Source: an uncultured delta proteobacterium (GTDB lineage Bacteria > Myxococcota > Myxococcia > Myxococcales > Anaeromyxobacteraceae). From it: 64,000 bases of DNA. The DNA lies in assembly GCA_963828255.1 (NCBI GenBank), contig CAWHDZ010000027.1, forward strand, positions 128,001 through 192,000, read 5' to 3'. Position numbers and translations under genes: made by a program. The notes beneath the pieces were generated by a model that was not told the DNA's origin, did no database searches, and saw nothing but the letters and a program-made list of their open reading frames with translations. Positions 10,933 through 19,774 of this stretch are shown here, in pieces; the first letter of the stretch is position 1, and the number at the start of each line of letters is the position of its first letter.

Positions 10933-11368
10933 TCCTCATGCACGCCGCGCTGGCCGGGCACTGCCCCTTGAACTGGCTCCCCTCGCGAATGGCCGCAGGG
11001 ACGCTCCCCCGCTCCACGTCCTCGAAGCCGTCGCGCAGCGCCCGCTCCCTCACGGTCGTGGTCAGGATGTACAGGTCCCGGATCCCGAGCCCCCGGGCCA
11101 GCGCCACGGCCGCGTCGTGCAGCGTGGCCCCGACGCCTCGTCGCCGGAACGCGGGGGCCACCGCGAACGACCGGAGCAACCCTGCCTCCCCGTGCACCTC
11201 GAGCCCGATGCATCCCGCAAGGTCCCCGCCCTCGCGGGCGACCAGGAGCCGCTGGGATCCCGTTCCGTCCACGTCGTCGGGGGAGAGGGCGCAGCCCCGG
11301 AGGAGATCGCGAATCGCCGGAAGGTCGCCGGCCGCCGCCGGTCCGATGTCCATGCCCGACCATACCAT
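10919..11368 (-). CDS. GNAT N-acetyltransferase (ArsN2/ArgA-like)
   Basis: GLLRSFAVAPAFRRRGVG, LYILTTT, QFKGQCPASAACM. Confidence 0.8.
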   Translation of the reverse strand: MVWSGMDIGPAAAGDLPAIRDLLRGCALSPDDVDGTGSQRLLVAREGGDLAGCIGLEVHGEAGLLRSFAVAPAFRRRGVGATLHDAAVALARGLGIRDLYILTTTVRERALRDGFEDVERGSVPAAIREGSQFKGQCPASAACMRMRVR

Positions 11369-11627
11369 CGTCCCTTCCGATGACCGTCCGTTCCGCGGAC
11401 CTTCGGGAAGTTGGGGCGTGCATGAACGCCCCTATTGACAGTGATTCCGTGAGATTCGCCCCCCGTGAAGCGGTGGCCGAAGGAAGGCTCCTGTCGCTGC
11501 GCAGGAGCCTCGTCCGCGGGACTTCGCCGCGCCTGGCGGGGTTCGAGATCTCCCGGTGATTGGACGTGGGGGCGACGATCCTCGTGCGTCTCAGGAGGGC
11601 CGAAAATCGCGTGAGACACTGCCTTTC

Positions 11628-13040
11628 ATGAACGACGACACACTTCTCGAGGCACGCTCCTTCCACTCCCGACTCATCGATCTTCTCCGGTCCGAGTTCG
11701 TCTCCCTGGGGGCTTTCCTCGAGGCCCTGGCGGAGTTCGACCGTCGAAAGCTCTTCCGCACCCTCGGCCACGCGGACCTCTTCGCGTATCTCCACAAGGG
11801 GCTGAAGCTCTCCCGCGCGGCGGCTCATCACCGACGCGCCGCCGCCTGGCTGGTCCAGCGATTCCCCGAGGTGCTGGAACCGATCCGCGAGGGGAAGCTG
11901 TGCTTCACAACCGCGGCGGTCCTTGCCTCGGTGGCGACGGAGGAGAACCTGGCCGAGGTGCTTCCGCGATTCCACGGCCTGTCCAAGCAGGAGGCGCTGG
12001 AACTGGCGGCGGAGTTGAAGCCCCGGACGGTGGTGCCGACGCGGACGGTGGTGACCCGGGTGGAACGGACGGTTCCGGAAATTCGCCCAGGCGAACTTTG
12101 GGCGCCCCGGTCGGAGGTGGAGCGGCCCGTCGTGGAGCGGACGGTCGTGGAGCCGATGACCGCGACGTCGAGCCGCATGCACATCTCGGTTTCCCGGGAG
12201 TTCCTGGCGCTCCTGAAGAAGGCAAGGGCGGGGCAGTCGCACGTGCAGCCAGGAGCAACCGACGAGCAGGTCCTCACCGCTGCGCTCGAGTTGCTCATCG
12301 AGAAGCAGGCGAAGCGGAAGGCCTGCGTGCCGGCCAGGGTGAAGCGCGAGGTCGTGAAGCGAGACGAGGGGAAGTGCCAGTGGAAACTCGCCGACGGTGG
12401 GGTCTGCGGAGCGACCGCGAGGCTGGAGATCGACCACGTTCAGCCACGGGGGAAGGGGGGACCATCAACGGTCGAGAACTGCCGCGTCCTTTGCCGGTCC
12501 CATAACCTCGAAGCCGCCCGCCAGACCTACGGCGACGCGCACATGGACCTGTTCACCCGCTCATCCCCGGGCGACGCCCCGCTGGCGCGGGAGGAAGTGG
12601 CGCCATACGGGGAGCGCGGCGAGACGGGCCGGACCGTCCCACCGACCCGGGGACGGTGTTACCCTGCCCCCCCGTGCGCCTCGACTCATACGGCTGGCTC
12701 GTCGTCCTGCAGATCGCCCTCGCGATCCCCACCCTCCTCTCGCTCATCTTCGTCGCGGCCCCCTACGGGCGGCATGCGCGGGACGGATGGGGGCCCACCA
12801 TCCCGGCACGCATCGGCTGGATCGTCATGGAGTCGCCGTCGGTCTGGTTCTTCGCCTGGGTCTACTTCCTCGGCCCGAATGCGATGCAGCCGGTGCCGCT
12901 CTGCTTCCTGGCGATGTGGCAGCTCCACTACCTCTACCGCTCCCTCATCTTCCCGTTCCTCATCCGGGCCGAGGGGCGCCGCATGCCGATCACCATCCCG
13001 GCCATGGCAATCGCCTTCAACCTGCTCAACGACTGGGTGA
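11628..13040 (+). CDS. HNH endonuclease (DUF222-like N-terminus), copy 1; conserved part ends ~12608 and the frame runs on over the next gene
   Basis: RDEGKCQW...C...LEIDHVQPRGKGGPSTVENCRVLCRSHN HNH motif; paralogue at 19775-21019. Confidence 0.8.
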   Translation: MNDDTLLEARSFHSRLIDLLRSEFVSLGAFLEALAEFDRRKLFRTLGHADLFAYLHKGLKLSRAAAHHRRAAAWLVQRFPEVLEPIREGKLCFTTAAVLASVATEENLAEVLPRFHGLSKQEALELAAELKPRTVVPTRTVVTRVERTVPEIRPGELWAPRSEVERPVVERTVVEPMTATSSRMHISVSREFLALLKKARAGQSHVQPGATDEQVLTAALELLIEKQAKRKACVPARVKREVVKRDEGKCQWKLADGGVCGATARLEIDHVQPRGKGGPSTVENCRVLCRSHNLEAARQTYGDAHMDLFTRSSPGDAPLAREEVAPYGERGETGRTVPPTRGRCYPAPPCASTHTAGSSSCRSPSRSPPSSRSSSSRPPTGGMRGTDGGPPSRHASAGSSWSRRRSGSSPGSTSSARMRCSRCRSASWRCGSSTTSTAPSSSRSSSGPRGAACRSPSRPWQSPSTCSTTG

Positions 13041-13429
13041 ACGCGCGCTGGATCTCGTCCGTGGGAACCTACCCGGCGGACTGGTTCCTCTCCTGGCAGT
13101 TCCTCCTCGGCTCGGCCCTCTTCCTGGGAGGCTTCGCACTCAACGTCACCTCCGACCGGACGCTGCGCAACCTGCGCGCCCCCGGCGAGACCGGCTACAA
13201 GATCCCGCGCGGCGGCGCCTTCGAGTACGTCACCGCCCCCAACTACCTGGGGGAGATCGTGGAGTGGACCGGCTGGGCCATCGCCACCTGGTCGCCGGCC
13301 GGCCTGGCCTTCGCCCTCTACACCTTCGCCAACCTCGCCCCCCGCGCCATCACCCACCACCGCTGGTACCGGGAGCGCTTCCCCGACTACCCGCGGGACC
13401 GCAAGGCGCTCCTCCCCTTCCTGCTCTAG
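12674..13429 (+). CDS. 3-oxo-5-alpha-steroid 4-dehydrogenase (steroid 5-alpha-reductase family)
   Basis: APYGRH, WIVMESP, HYLYRS, GYKIPRGGAFEYVTAPNYLGEIVEW, NLAPRAITHHRWY match the SRD5A/DET2 family. Confidence 0.92.
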   Translation: MRLDSYGWLVVLQIALAIPTLLSLIFVAAPYGRHARDGWGPTIPARIGWIVMESPSVWFFAWVYFLGPNAMQPVPLCFLAMWQLHYLYRSLIFPFLIRAEGRRMPITIPAMAIAFNLLNDWVNARWISSVGTYPADWFLSWQFLLGSALFLGGFALNVTSDRTLRNLRAPGETGYKIPRGGAFEYVTAPNYLGEIVEWTGWAIATWSPAGLAFALYTFANLAPRAITHHRWYRERFPDYPRDRKALLPFLL

Positions 13430-13440
13430 GTGCACGAACA

Positions 13441-14394
13441 GTGAAACTCTTGCTCACCGGCCCGTTCGGAAACATCGGCTCCCACGCCATCCCCGAGCTG
13501 CTCCGCGAGGGGCACCAGGTCCGCGCCTTCGACCTCGACAACCCGGCCACCCGGAAGGTGGCGAGGGACCTCGGCAAGAAGGTCGAGCCGGTCTGGGGCG
13601 ACGTCCGCGACGTCCGCGCCGTGGCCCGCGCCGTGGAGGGGATGGACGCCGTCCTGCACCTCGCCGCGATCATCCCCCCGGGCTCGGACGAGGATCCGGC
13701 CGCCACGCGCGCGGTGAACGTCGAGGGCACCCGCAACGTGGTGAAGGCCTGCCAGGAGCGCTCGCGCAAGCCCAGGCTGCTGCTCGCCTCCACCTTCGAC
13801 GTGCACGGCCACACCCAGTCGAAGCCCCCGCCGCGCCGGGTCGAGGACCCGGTGGTGGGGACCGATCCGTACACCGAGAGCAAGATCGACGCCGAGGCCC
13901 TGGTCCGCGACTCCGGCCTGGAGTGGTGCATCTTCCGCTTCGTCGACGTGCCCATCATCGGCCTGCGCGACCCGCACCCCATCATGTTCGAGATCGGGCT
14001 GCAGAACCGCATCGAGTCGATCCACGCGGACGACGCCGCCACCGCGCTGGCCCGGGCGCTTCGCACGGCGGAGGTCTGGGGACGGACACTCTTCGTGGGC
14101 GGGGGCCCGTCCTGCCAGCTCACCTACCGCGAGTTCCTGACGCGGATGCTCGGCGCCATGGGCATGGAGATGCTGCCCGACGAGGCCTTCAGCGACGCGG
14201 AGTACGCCACCGACTGGGTGGACAGCGCGGAGTCGCAGCGGCTGCTCCGCTACCAGCGGCGCAGCTTCGACGACATCACCGGCGACGTCGCGAAGTGCCT
14301 GGGCTGGAAGAAGGCCTTCGTGCCCATGGCCACGCCCATCGTGCGCCGGAAGATGCTCGAGATGTCGCCCTACTGGAAGCAGCGGCAGAAGTAA
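13441..14394 (+). CDS. Extended SDR, NAD-dependent epimerase/dehydratase (3-beta-HSD-like)
   Basis: TGPFGNIG, HLAA, VNVEGT, YTESK (YxxxK). Confidence 0.82.
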   Translation: MKLLLTGPFGNIGSHAIPELLREGHQVRAFDLDNPATRKVARDLGKKVEPVWGDVRDVRAVARAVEGMDAVLHLAAIIPPGSDEDPAATRAVNVEGTRNVVKACQERSRKPRLLLASTFDVHGHTQSKPPPRRVEDPVVGTDPYTESKIDAEALVRDSGLEWCIFRFVDVPIIGLRDPHPIMFEIGLQNRIESIHADDAATALARALRTAEVWGRTLFVGGGPSCQLTYREFLTRMLGAMGMEMLPDEAFSDAEYATDWVDSAESQRLLRYQRRSFDDITGDVAKCLGWKKAFVPMATPIVRRKMLEMSPYWKQRQK

Positions 14395-14421
14395 GGCGCG
14401 GCCACCAGGGCCTCGCCTCGC

Positions 14422-15189
14422 CTACTCGCCGCCGGCGCTGCGACGGCCGGCCGCGGGGGCGATGTGGGGCCGTCCGTGGCGCCCGGGGAGCACCTTGGCC
14501 GGACGCGCGGAGGGGCCGGCCGGGATGGCGTCGTCGGGCGGGTTGGTCGCGAAGACCCGGTTCACCAGCGGCGCCATGAGCCCGAGGCTGGTGGCCGCCA
14601 GCTTGCGCAGGGGGTTGCGGGAGATCTCGCCGTTGGGGAGCGGCTGGCTCCAGGCCTTGCCCAGGAGGTCCATGTACATCCCCACGGTCTGCCCCGCGGT
14701 GGCGAAGTCGAGCGTGGAGAGGATCTCGTCGGCGAGGCCGAACGGCATGGAGGTCATGATGGGGCCGCGCATGTACTCGGTGGCCCAGACACCGTCGGTG
14801 AAGTTCATGGCGCGGGCCTGCCCCGGGCCCACCCAGACGCGGTCGCCCGGCTTGTAGATCCGCTTCTCGAACTGCCCCTCGCCGAAGTAGTGCATCTCGC
14901 CGTCGATGACGGTGTCCCAGAAGCCGACGGCGTGGCGCCCCGAGTGCCCCTCCGATCCGATGGGGGTGCCCCAGATCATGAGGTATTCCATGGACGACGC
15001 GAAGTAGAGCTTCATCTGGATCATCGCGCCGCCGGCGATGCTGTACATCCACGGCTGCGAGCGGTCGATCCGGCCCGGGTAGGCATCCTCCCAGGCGTCC
15101 GCGATGGCGTCGAACATCTCCGGCTTGGGCTTGCCGATGCCCTGCATCGAGCACTCGTGGATGACGTCCGGGTCGAAGATGTAGTCCAT
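14422..15189 (-). CDS. ERG2/sigma-1 receptor family protein (C-8 sterol isomerase-like)
   Basis: WMYSIAGGAM...ASSMEYLMIWGTPIGSEGHSGRH...WDTVIDG...YKPGD...WATEYMRG...PFGLADEILSTLDF aligns motif by motif with sigma-1/ERG2. Confidence 0.88.
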   Translation of the reverse strand: MDYIFDPDVIHECSMQGIGKPKPEMFDAIADAWEDAYPGRIDRSQPWMYSIAGGAMIQMKLYFASSMEYLMIWGTPIGSEGHSGRHAVGFWDTVIDGEMHYFGEGQFEKRIYKPGDRVWVGPGQARAMNFTDGVWATEYMRGPIMTSMPFGLADEILSTLDFATAGQTVGMYMDLLGKAWSQPLPNGEISRNPLRKLAATSLGLMAPLVNRVFATNPPDDAIPAGPSARPAKVLPGRHGRPHIAPAAGRRSAGGE

Positions 15190-15236
15190 GTCCTTGGGGC
15201 TCCGGTGGGGTGGGAGGGTGGGAGACGATCCCGACT

Positions 15237-16289
15237 TTACAACGTCTCGACGCGCTGCGCCCGCCCGGGGCGGCTGGGCGGGATGGTTCGGTTCCTCGGG
15301 CTGTCCGGGTCGTTCATCATCCAGGCCCATGCGTCCCGCAGCGACTGCTCCACGGGGCGCGGGGCGTGGCCGAGCTCGTCGCGCGCCTTCCGGTCCCGGA
15401 TCTCGAAGTCGACACCGAGCGTGTGCACCGCGTAGGGGGTGAGGAGGGAGCGTCGCCCGGTGACCTTCTCGAAGATCGGCGCGAAGGCGGCCAGCCCGGC
15501 GGCGATCCCGAGCGGGATGAAGACCCGGGGCGGCCTCCGACCGGCCAGCCTGGCCAGGATGCGCATCATCTCCCGGACGGTCATGCGCTCCCCGGAGAGG
15601 AGGTAGCTCTCGCCCTTGCGCCCTTTCTCGGCGGCCATCACGTGGCCGGTGGCGATGTCGCGGACGTCGATGAAGTCGTAGCACCCGTCCATCCCGGCCG
15701 GCACCGGGAAGCGGGAGAACAGGACGATGACCTCCCCGATCTCCGAGAGCCGGTAGTCGTACGGGCCGAGCACGTAGACCGGGTTCACGATCACCGCGTC
15801 CAGCCCCTCCCGCACCGCTTCGAGGACGATCCGGGACGCCGCCGCCTTGGCCTTCCCGTAGTCGCCGGGGGCGCGCTCCGGGTCGTAACCGGCCTCCTCG
15901 GTGAGCACCCCGCCCGGAGCCGGCTCGGTGAGGGCGTGGACGGAGCTTGTGTAGACCAGCCGCCGCACACCGGCCCGGCGCGCAGCCTCCACCACGTTGC
16001 GCGTCCCGTCCACGTTCACGGTCCGTACGATCTCGATGTCGAGCGAGCTGATGCTCACCACGCCGGCGAGGTGGAAGACCACGTCCACCCCCTCGAGGGC
16101 GGAGGGAAGCGTCTCGGGCCGGAGCACGTTGCCGCGGACCACCTCGACGTCGAGGCCGCGCAGCGCCCGGGCCTCGTCGCCCGGCTCCAGCAGCGCCCGC
16201 ACCTTCTTCCCGCGCCGCAGGAGTTCGCGCACCAGCACGTTGCCGAGGTGGCCGGTGGCGCCGGTGACGGTGGCGGTCTGGAAGTCCAT
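15237..16289 (-). CDS. Extended SDR (HpnA/dihydroflavonol reductase/3-beta-HSD-like)
   Basis: TGATGHLG, FHLAG, VNVDGT, YTSSV, YGKAK. Confidence 0.85.
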   Translation of the reverse strand: MDFQTATVTGATGHLGNVLVRELLRRGKKVRALLEPGDEARALRGLDVEVVRGNVLRPETLPSALEGVDVVFHLAGVVSISSLDIEIVRTVNVDGTRNVVEAARRAGVRRLVYTSSVHALTEPAPGGVLTEEAGYDPERAPGDYGKAKAAASRIVLEAVREGLDAVIVNPVYVLGPYDYRLSEIGEVIVLFSRFPVPAGMDGCYDFIDVRDIATGHVMAAEKGRKGESYLLSGERMTVREMMRILARLAGRRPPRVFIPLGIAAGLAAFAPIFEKVTGRRSLLTPYAVHTLGVDFEIRDRKARDELGHAPRPVEQSLRDAWAWMMNDPDSPRNRTIPPSRPGRAQRVETL

Positions 16290-16305
16290 GTTCCCGGGGT
16301 TCCTT

Positions 16306-16812
16306 TCAGGAGGAGGCGAGGAGCGCCTCGAGGGTCGCCTGCCGGTGGGCGAAGGTACGTGCCATCCGGGGGCCGACGAACGATCGCTCCGCCAGCTCCC
16401 CGAGCACGCCCATCCCCACATCGTATTCGAGAACGTCCCGGACCAACGTGCCGTCCCGCCCACCCCCCTCGCGGGCCTCGAACTCGTGGCGGTGCTCCCA
16501 GCCCCGGAACGGCCCCCGATCCTGGACGTCGGCGAAGTGCCGGAGCCGCTCGAACTCCACGATCCGCGCCACCCACGGGGTGCGGAACGGCAGGGGCGGG
16601 AAGAGCTTCACCGAGACCTCGATGACGGTGCCCACCCCCGCCTCGGGGCTGCCGGGAGCCGCGCCGGGCGGGGAGACCCGATCCACCCGGACGAGCTCCG
16701 CGCCCAGTTCCCGCGGCATGATCCGGGGCAGGTTGAGCGGGTCGGAGAAGAAGGCGAAGACCCGCGGGAGCGGAACGGGGACCCACTGCTCGAAGCGGAG
16801 TCGCTGGCTCAT
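16306..16812 (-). CDS. SRPBCC (START-like) family protein
   Basis: VFAFFSDPLNLPRIMP, FADVQDRGPFRGWEHRHEF, F-x-HR C-terminal motif. Confidence 0.82.
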   Translation of the reverse strand: MSQRLRFEQWVPVPLPRVFAFFSDPLNLPRIMPRELGAELVRVDRVSPPGAAPGSPEAGVGTVIEVSVKLFPPLPFRTPWVARIVEFERLRHFADVQDRGPFRGWEHRHEFEAREGGGRDGTLVRDVLEYDVGMGVLGELAERSFVGPRMARTFAHRQATLEALLASS

Positions 16813-16829
16813 CGGGCGTGGTCCCTCAC

Positions 16830-18515
16830 CTACCGCATGAGCGCCACGACCACCGGCCCCCAGGCCGTGAGCAGGATGTTGCCCACCGCGTAGGGCACCG
16901 TGTACCCGAGGACCGGGAGCTTGCTTCCGGCCGCGTCCTGCACGGCCCGGAGCGCGGCCGTGGTGGTGCCCGAGCCGGCCTCGGCGCCCAGCAGGATGAC
17001 CGGGTTCAGCTTGAGCACGAACCGGCCGAAGAGGAGCCCGATGGTGTGGGGGACGATGGACACGACCAGCGCCGCCCCGACCAGCCCCACCCCGGTCTCG
17101 CGCACGCCGGAGATGAACTGCGGCCCGGCGTCCAGCCCCACGATGCCGATGAAGGCCGCCAGCCCCACCGTGTCGAAGATCCAGAGGGCCGGCTCCGGGA
17201 TGCGCCCGAAGGTGGGCCGGGTGGAGCGGAGCCAGCCGAAGACCAGGCCGCTGATGAGGGCTCCTCCACTGGAGGTGAGGGTGATGGAGACCCCGCCGAC
17301 GGTGACGGCGAGGAGGCCGAAGAGCCCTCCCAGGAAGATCCCCATCCCCACGAAGACCATGTCGGTGGCGGGCGAGGGGCGGTCGGCGTAGCCGATGTCC
17401 CGGGCCACCCGCTCCACGTCGGGAAGATCTCCCTCCAGGGAGAGCAGGTCGCCGCGCTCGACGCGCGTGTTCCCGTCGAAGGGGACGTCCTGCCCGGCCC
17501 GGACCAGCCGCTGGAGCACGATCCCGTGCCCCTTCTCCTGGGCCAGCTGGCCCAGCGTCTGGCCGGCCACCTCCTTGCGGGTCACCACCACGTCGAGGTG
17601 GGCGTAGGGGAAGTCGAGGAGCCCGCGGTCGTCCACCTCCTGGCCCAGCCGGGCGAGATGCTCCACCAGCACGGTGCGGCGCGCGGTGACGGCGAGAACG
17701 TCCCCGGCCTGCACGCGGGTCTCCGGGTCGGGGTCGCTCACGATGCCCTCCCGCCGCATCCGCTCGACGAAGATGCGCCGCTCGGGAACCGAGCCCTCGA
17801 TCTCGCGGAGGGTCTTCCCGGCTGCGGCCGCAGAGACGACGATGGCCCGGGTGTCCCACTCCCCGTAAGCGGACGAGACGCCGGGCTCTGCGGCCTCCTT
17901 TCCGGCCAGCTTCAGCTCGAGGTCGCGGGCCTCCTTGCGGAGGTCGATCCCCATGAGGCGGGGCGCGAGCGAGGAGAGGTACCAGACCAGCGTGGTGGTG
18001 CCGACGAGGTAGGTCACCGCGTAGGCGACCGGGACCTGGTTCACCATGCGGAGCCGCTCCGCCTCGGGGAGCGGCAGGGCGCGGATGGCCTCGCTGGCCG
18101 TCCCGATGATGGTGGACTCGGTGAAGGCGCCCGCCAGCAGGCCGGCGGCCGTCCCGGCGTCGTAGCCGAGGAACTTCGAGACCACCACCGCCACGAGGAG
18201 GCAGCTGACCGCGACCACCACGGCGAGGAGGAGGTGCGGGAGCGCGTCCCGGCGCAGCCCGCGGAAGAACTGCGGCCCGACCTTGTAGCCGGTGCCGAAG
18301 AGGAAGAGGTCGAAGAAGACCACCTTCACGGTGGGATCCACCACCACGCCGAGCTGCCCGACCGCCACGCCGGCCAGCAGGCACCCCAGCACGTTTCCGA
18401 CGGTGAAGTTTCCTACGCGCAGCTTGCCGAGCTGGAAGCCGACGGCGAGCGTCAGGAAGATCGCGAGTTCGGGATGGGCGCGGAGGACGTGGGCGAGACC
18501 CTGGAGTGGGGCCAT
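16830..18515 (-). CDS. aspT: Aspartate:alanine antiporter (AAE family, two TrkA-C domains)
   Basis: PELAIFLTLAVG, FLFGTGYKVGPQFF, GAFTESTIIG, LGYTVPYAVGNILLTAWGPV. Confidence 0.85.
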   Translation of the reverse strand: MAPLQGLAHVLRAHPELAIFLTLAVGFQLGKLRVGNFTVGNVLGCLLAGVAVGQLGVVVDPTVKVVFFDLFLFGTGYKVGPQFFRGLRRDALPHLLLAVVVAVSCLLVAVVVSKFLGYDAGTAAGLLAGAFTESTIIGTASEAIRALPLPEAERLRMVNQVPVAYAVTYLVGTTTLVWYLSSLAPRLMGIDLRKEARDLELKLAGKEAAEPGVSSAYGEWDTRAIVVSAAAAGKTLREIEGSVPERRIFVERMRREGIVSDPDPETRVQAGDVLAVTARRTVLVEHLARLGQEVDDRGLLDFPYAHLDVVVTRKEVAGQTLGQLAQEKGHGIVLQRLVRAGQDVPFDGNTRVERGDLLSLEGDLPDVERVARDIGYADRPSPATDMVFVGMGIFLGGLFGLLAVTVGGVSITLTSSGGALISGLVFGWLRSTRPTFGRIPEPALWIFDTVGLAAFIGIVGLDAGPQFISGVRETGVGLVGAALVVSIVPHTIGLLFGRFVLKLNPVILLGAEAGSGTTTAALRAVQDAAGSKLPVLGYTVPYAVGNILLTAWGPVVVALMR

Positions 18516-18524
18516 CCCCGCATG

Positions 18525-19580
18525 CTACCCGCCCTTGCGCAGGCTGGCGATGTCGATGACGAAGCGGTAGCGGACGTCGGACTTGACGGTTCGCTCGTAG
18601 GCCTCGTTCACCTTCTCGACCGGAATGACCTCGACGTCGGAGGTGATGCCGTGCTTGCCGCAGAAGTCGAGCATCTCCTGGGTCTCGGCGATGCCGCCGA
18701 TGAGCGACCCGGCCAGGGTCTTGCGCCCGAAGATGAAGGACATGGCGTGGACCTTGGCCGGCTCGGGAGGGACGCCCACCAGGACCAGCGCACCGTCCAG
18801 CGCGAGCAGCCCCATGTAGGCCTCCACGTCGTGGTTCGCGGAGATGGTGTCGAGGATGAAGTCGAACCTTCCCGCCAGCTTCTTGAACGTGGCCTTGTCG
18901 GTGGTGAGGGCGAAGCCGGTGGCCCCCAGGCGGCGTGCGTCGGCCTCCTTGGCCTTCGAGGTGGAGAGCATGGTCACCTCTGCTCCCATGGCCACGGCGA
19001 GCTTCACCCCCATGTGGCCGAGCCCGCCCAGGCCGACCACCGCCACCTTGTCCCCCTTCTTCACCTTCCAGTGGCGCAGCGGGGAGTAGGTGGTGATCCC
19101 GGCGCAGAGCAGCGGGGCCGCACCGGCCGGGTCGAGGCCGGCGGGGATGGAGAGGACGAACTTCTCGTCCACCACCACGTCGGTGGAGTATCCGCCGTAG
19201 GTGGGGGTCTTCCGGTCCATCTCGGTGCCGTTGTAGGTGAAGGCCGAGCCCTTCTGGCAGAACTGCTCCAGGTCCTTCTGGCAGGACGGGCAGGTGCGGC
19301 AGGAGTCCACCATGCAGCCCACGCCGACGCGGTCGCCGGCCTTGAACCTCTTCACCTCGGCCCCGACGCGGGTGACCTTTCCGACGATCTCGTGGCCGGG
19401 GACCATGGGGAAGATGGAGTTGCCCCACTCGTCGCGGGCCTGGTGGATGTCGGAGTGGCAGATGCCGCAGAACTCGATGTCGATGGCCACGTCGCGGGGG
19501 CCGACGGCGCGGCGGTCGATCTCGAACGGGGCGAGCGGGCTCTTCGGGGTCTGGGCGGCGTAGGCGCGGGTGCGGGGCAT
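18525..19580 (-). CDS. Zn-dependent NAD(P) alcohol dehydrogenase (CAD/AdhC-like)
   Basis: CGICHSD, GHEIVG, structural Zn cysteines, GLGGLGH, DVRYRFVID. Confidence 0.93.
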   Translation of the reverse strand: MPRTRAYAAQTPKSPLAPFEIDRRAVGPRDVAIDIEFCGICHSDIHQARDEWGNSIFPMVPGHEIVGKVTRVGAEVKRFKAGDRVGVGCMVDSCRTCPSCQKDLEQFCQKGSAFTYNGTEMDRKTPTYGGYSTDVVVDEKFVLSIPAGLDPAGAAPLLCAGITTYSPLRHWKVKKGDKVAVVGLGGLGHMGVKLAVAMGAEVTMLSTSKAKEADARRLGATGFALTTDKATFKKLAGRFDFILDTISANHDVEAYMGLLALDGALVLVGVPPEPAKVHAMSFIFGRKTLAGSLIGGIAETQEMLDFCGKHGITSDVEVIPVEKVNEAYERTVKSDVRYRFVIDIASLRKGG

Positions 19581-19774
19581 CGTGTCCTCCTGGGGTTCGG
19601 GGGGTAGACCTATGGAGGAGGTCGCGGTCGCGCAAGGTATTGGGGAGCGGAAGGGGTGGCGATCGAAGGTCCGCGGCGCGGACCATCGGCCAGATGGGGC
19701 GTTCACTGTCAGTCGCTTGACGCGTTTTCGACGGAATCGCGCTGAGCGGGCGGGACGTCGCGAGAACATGGCTG

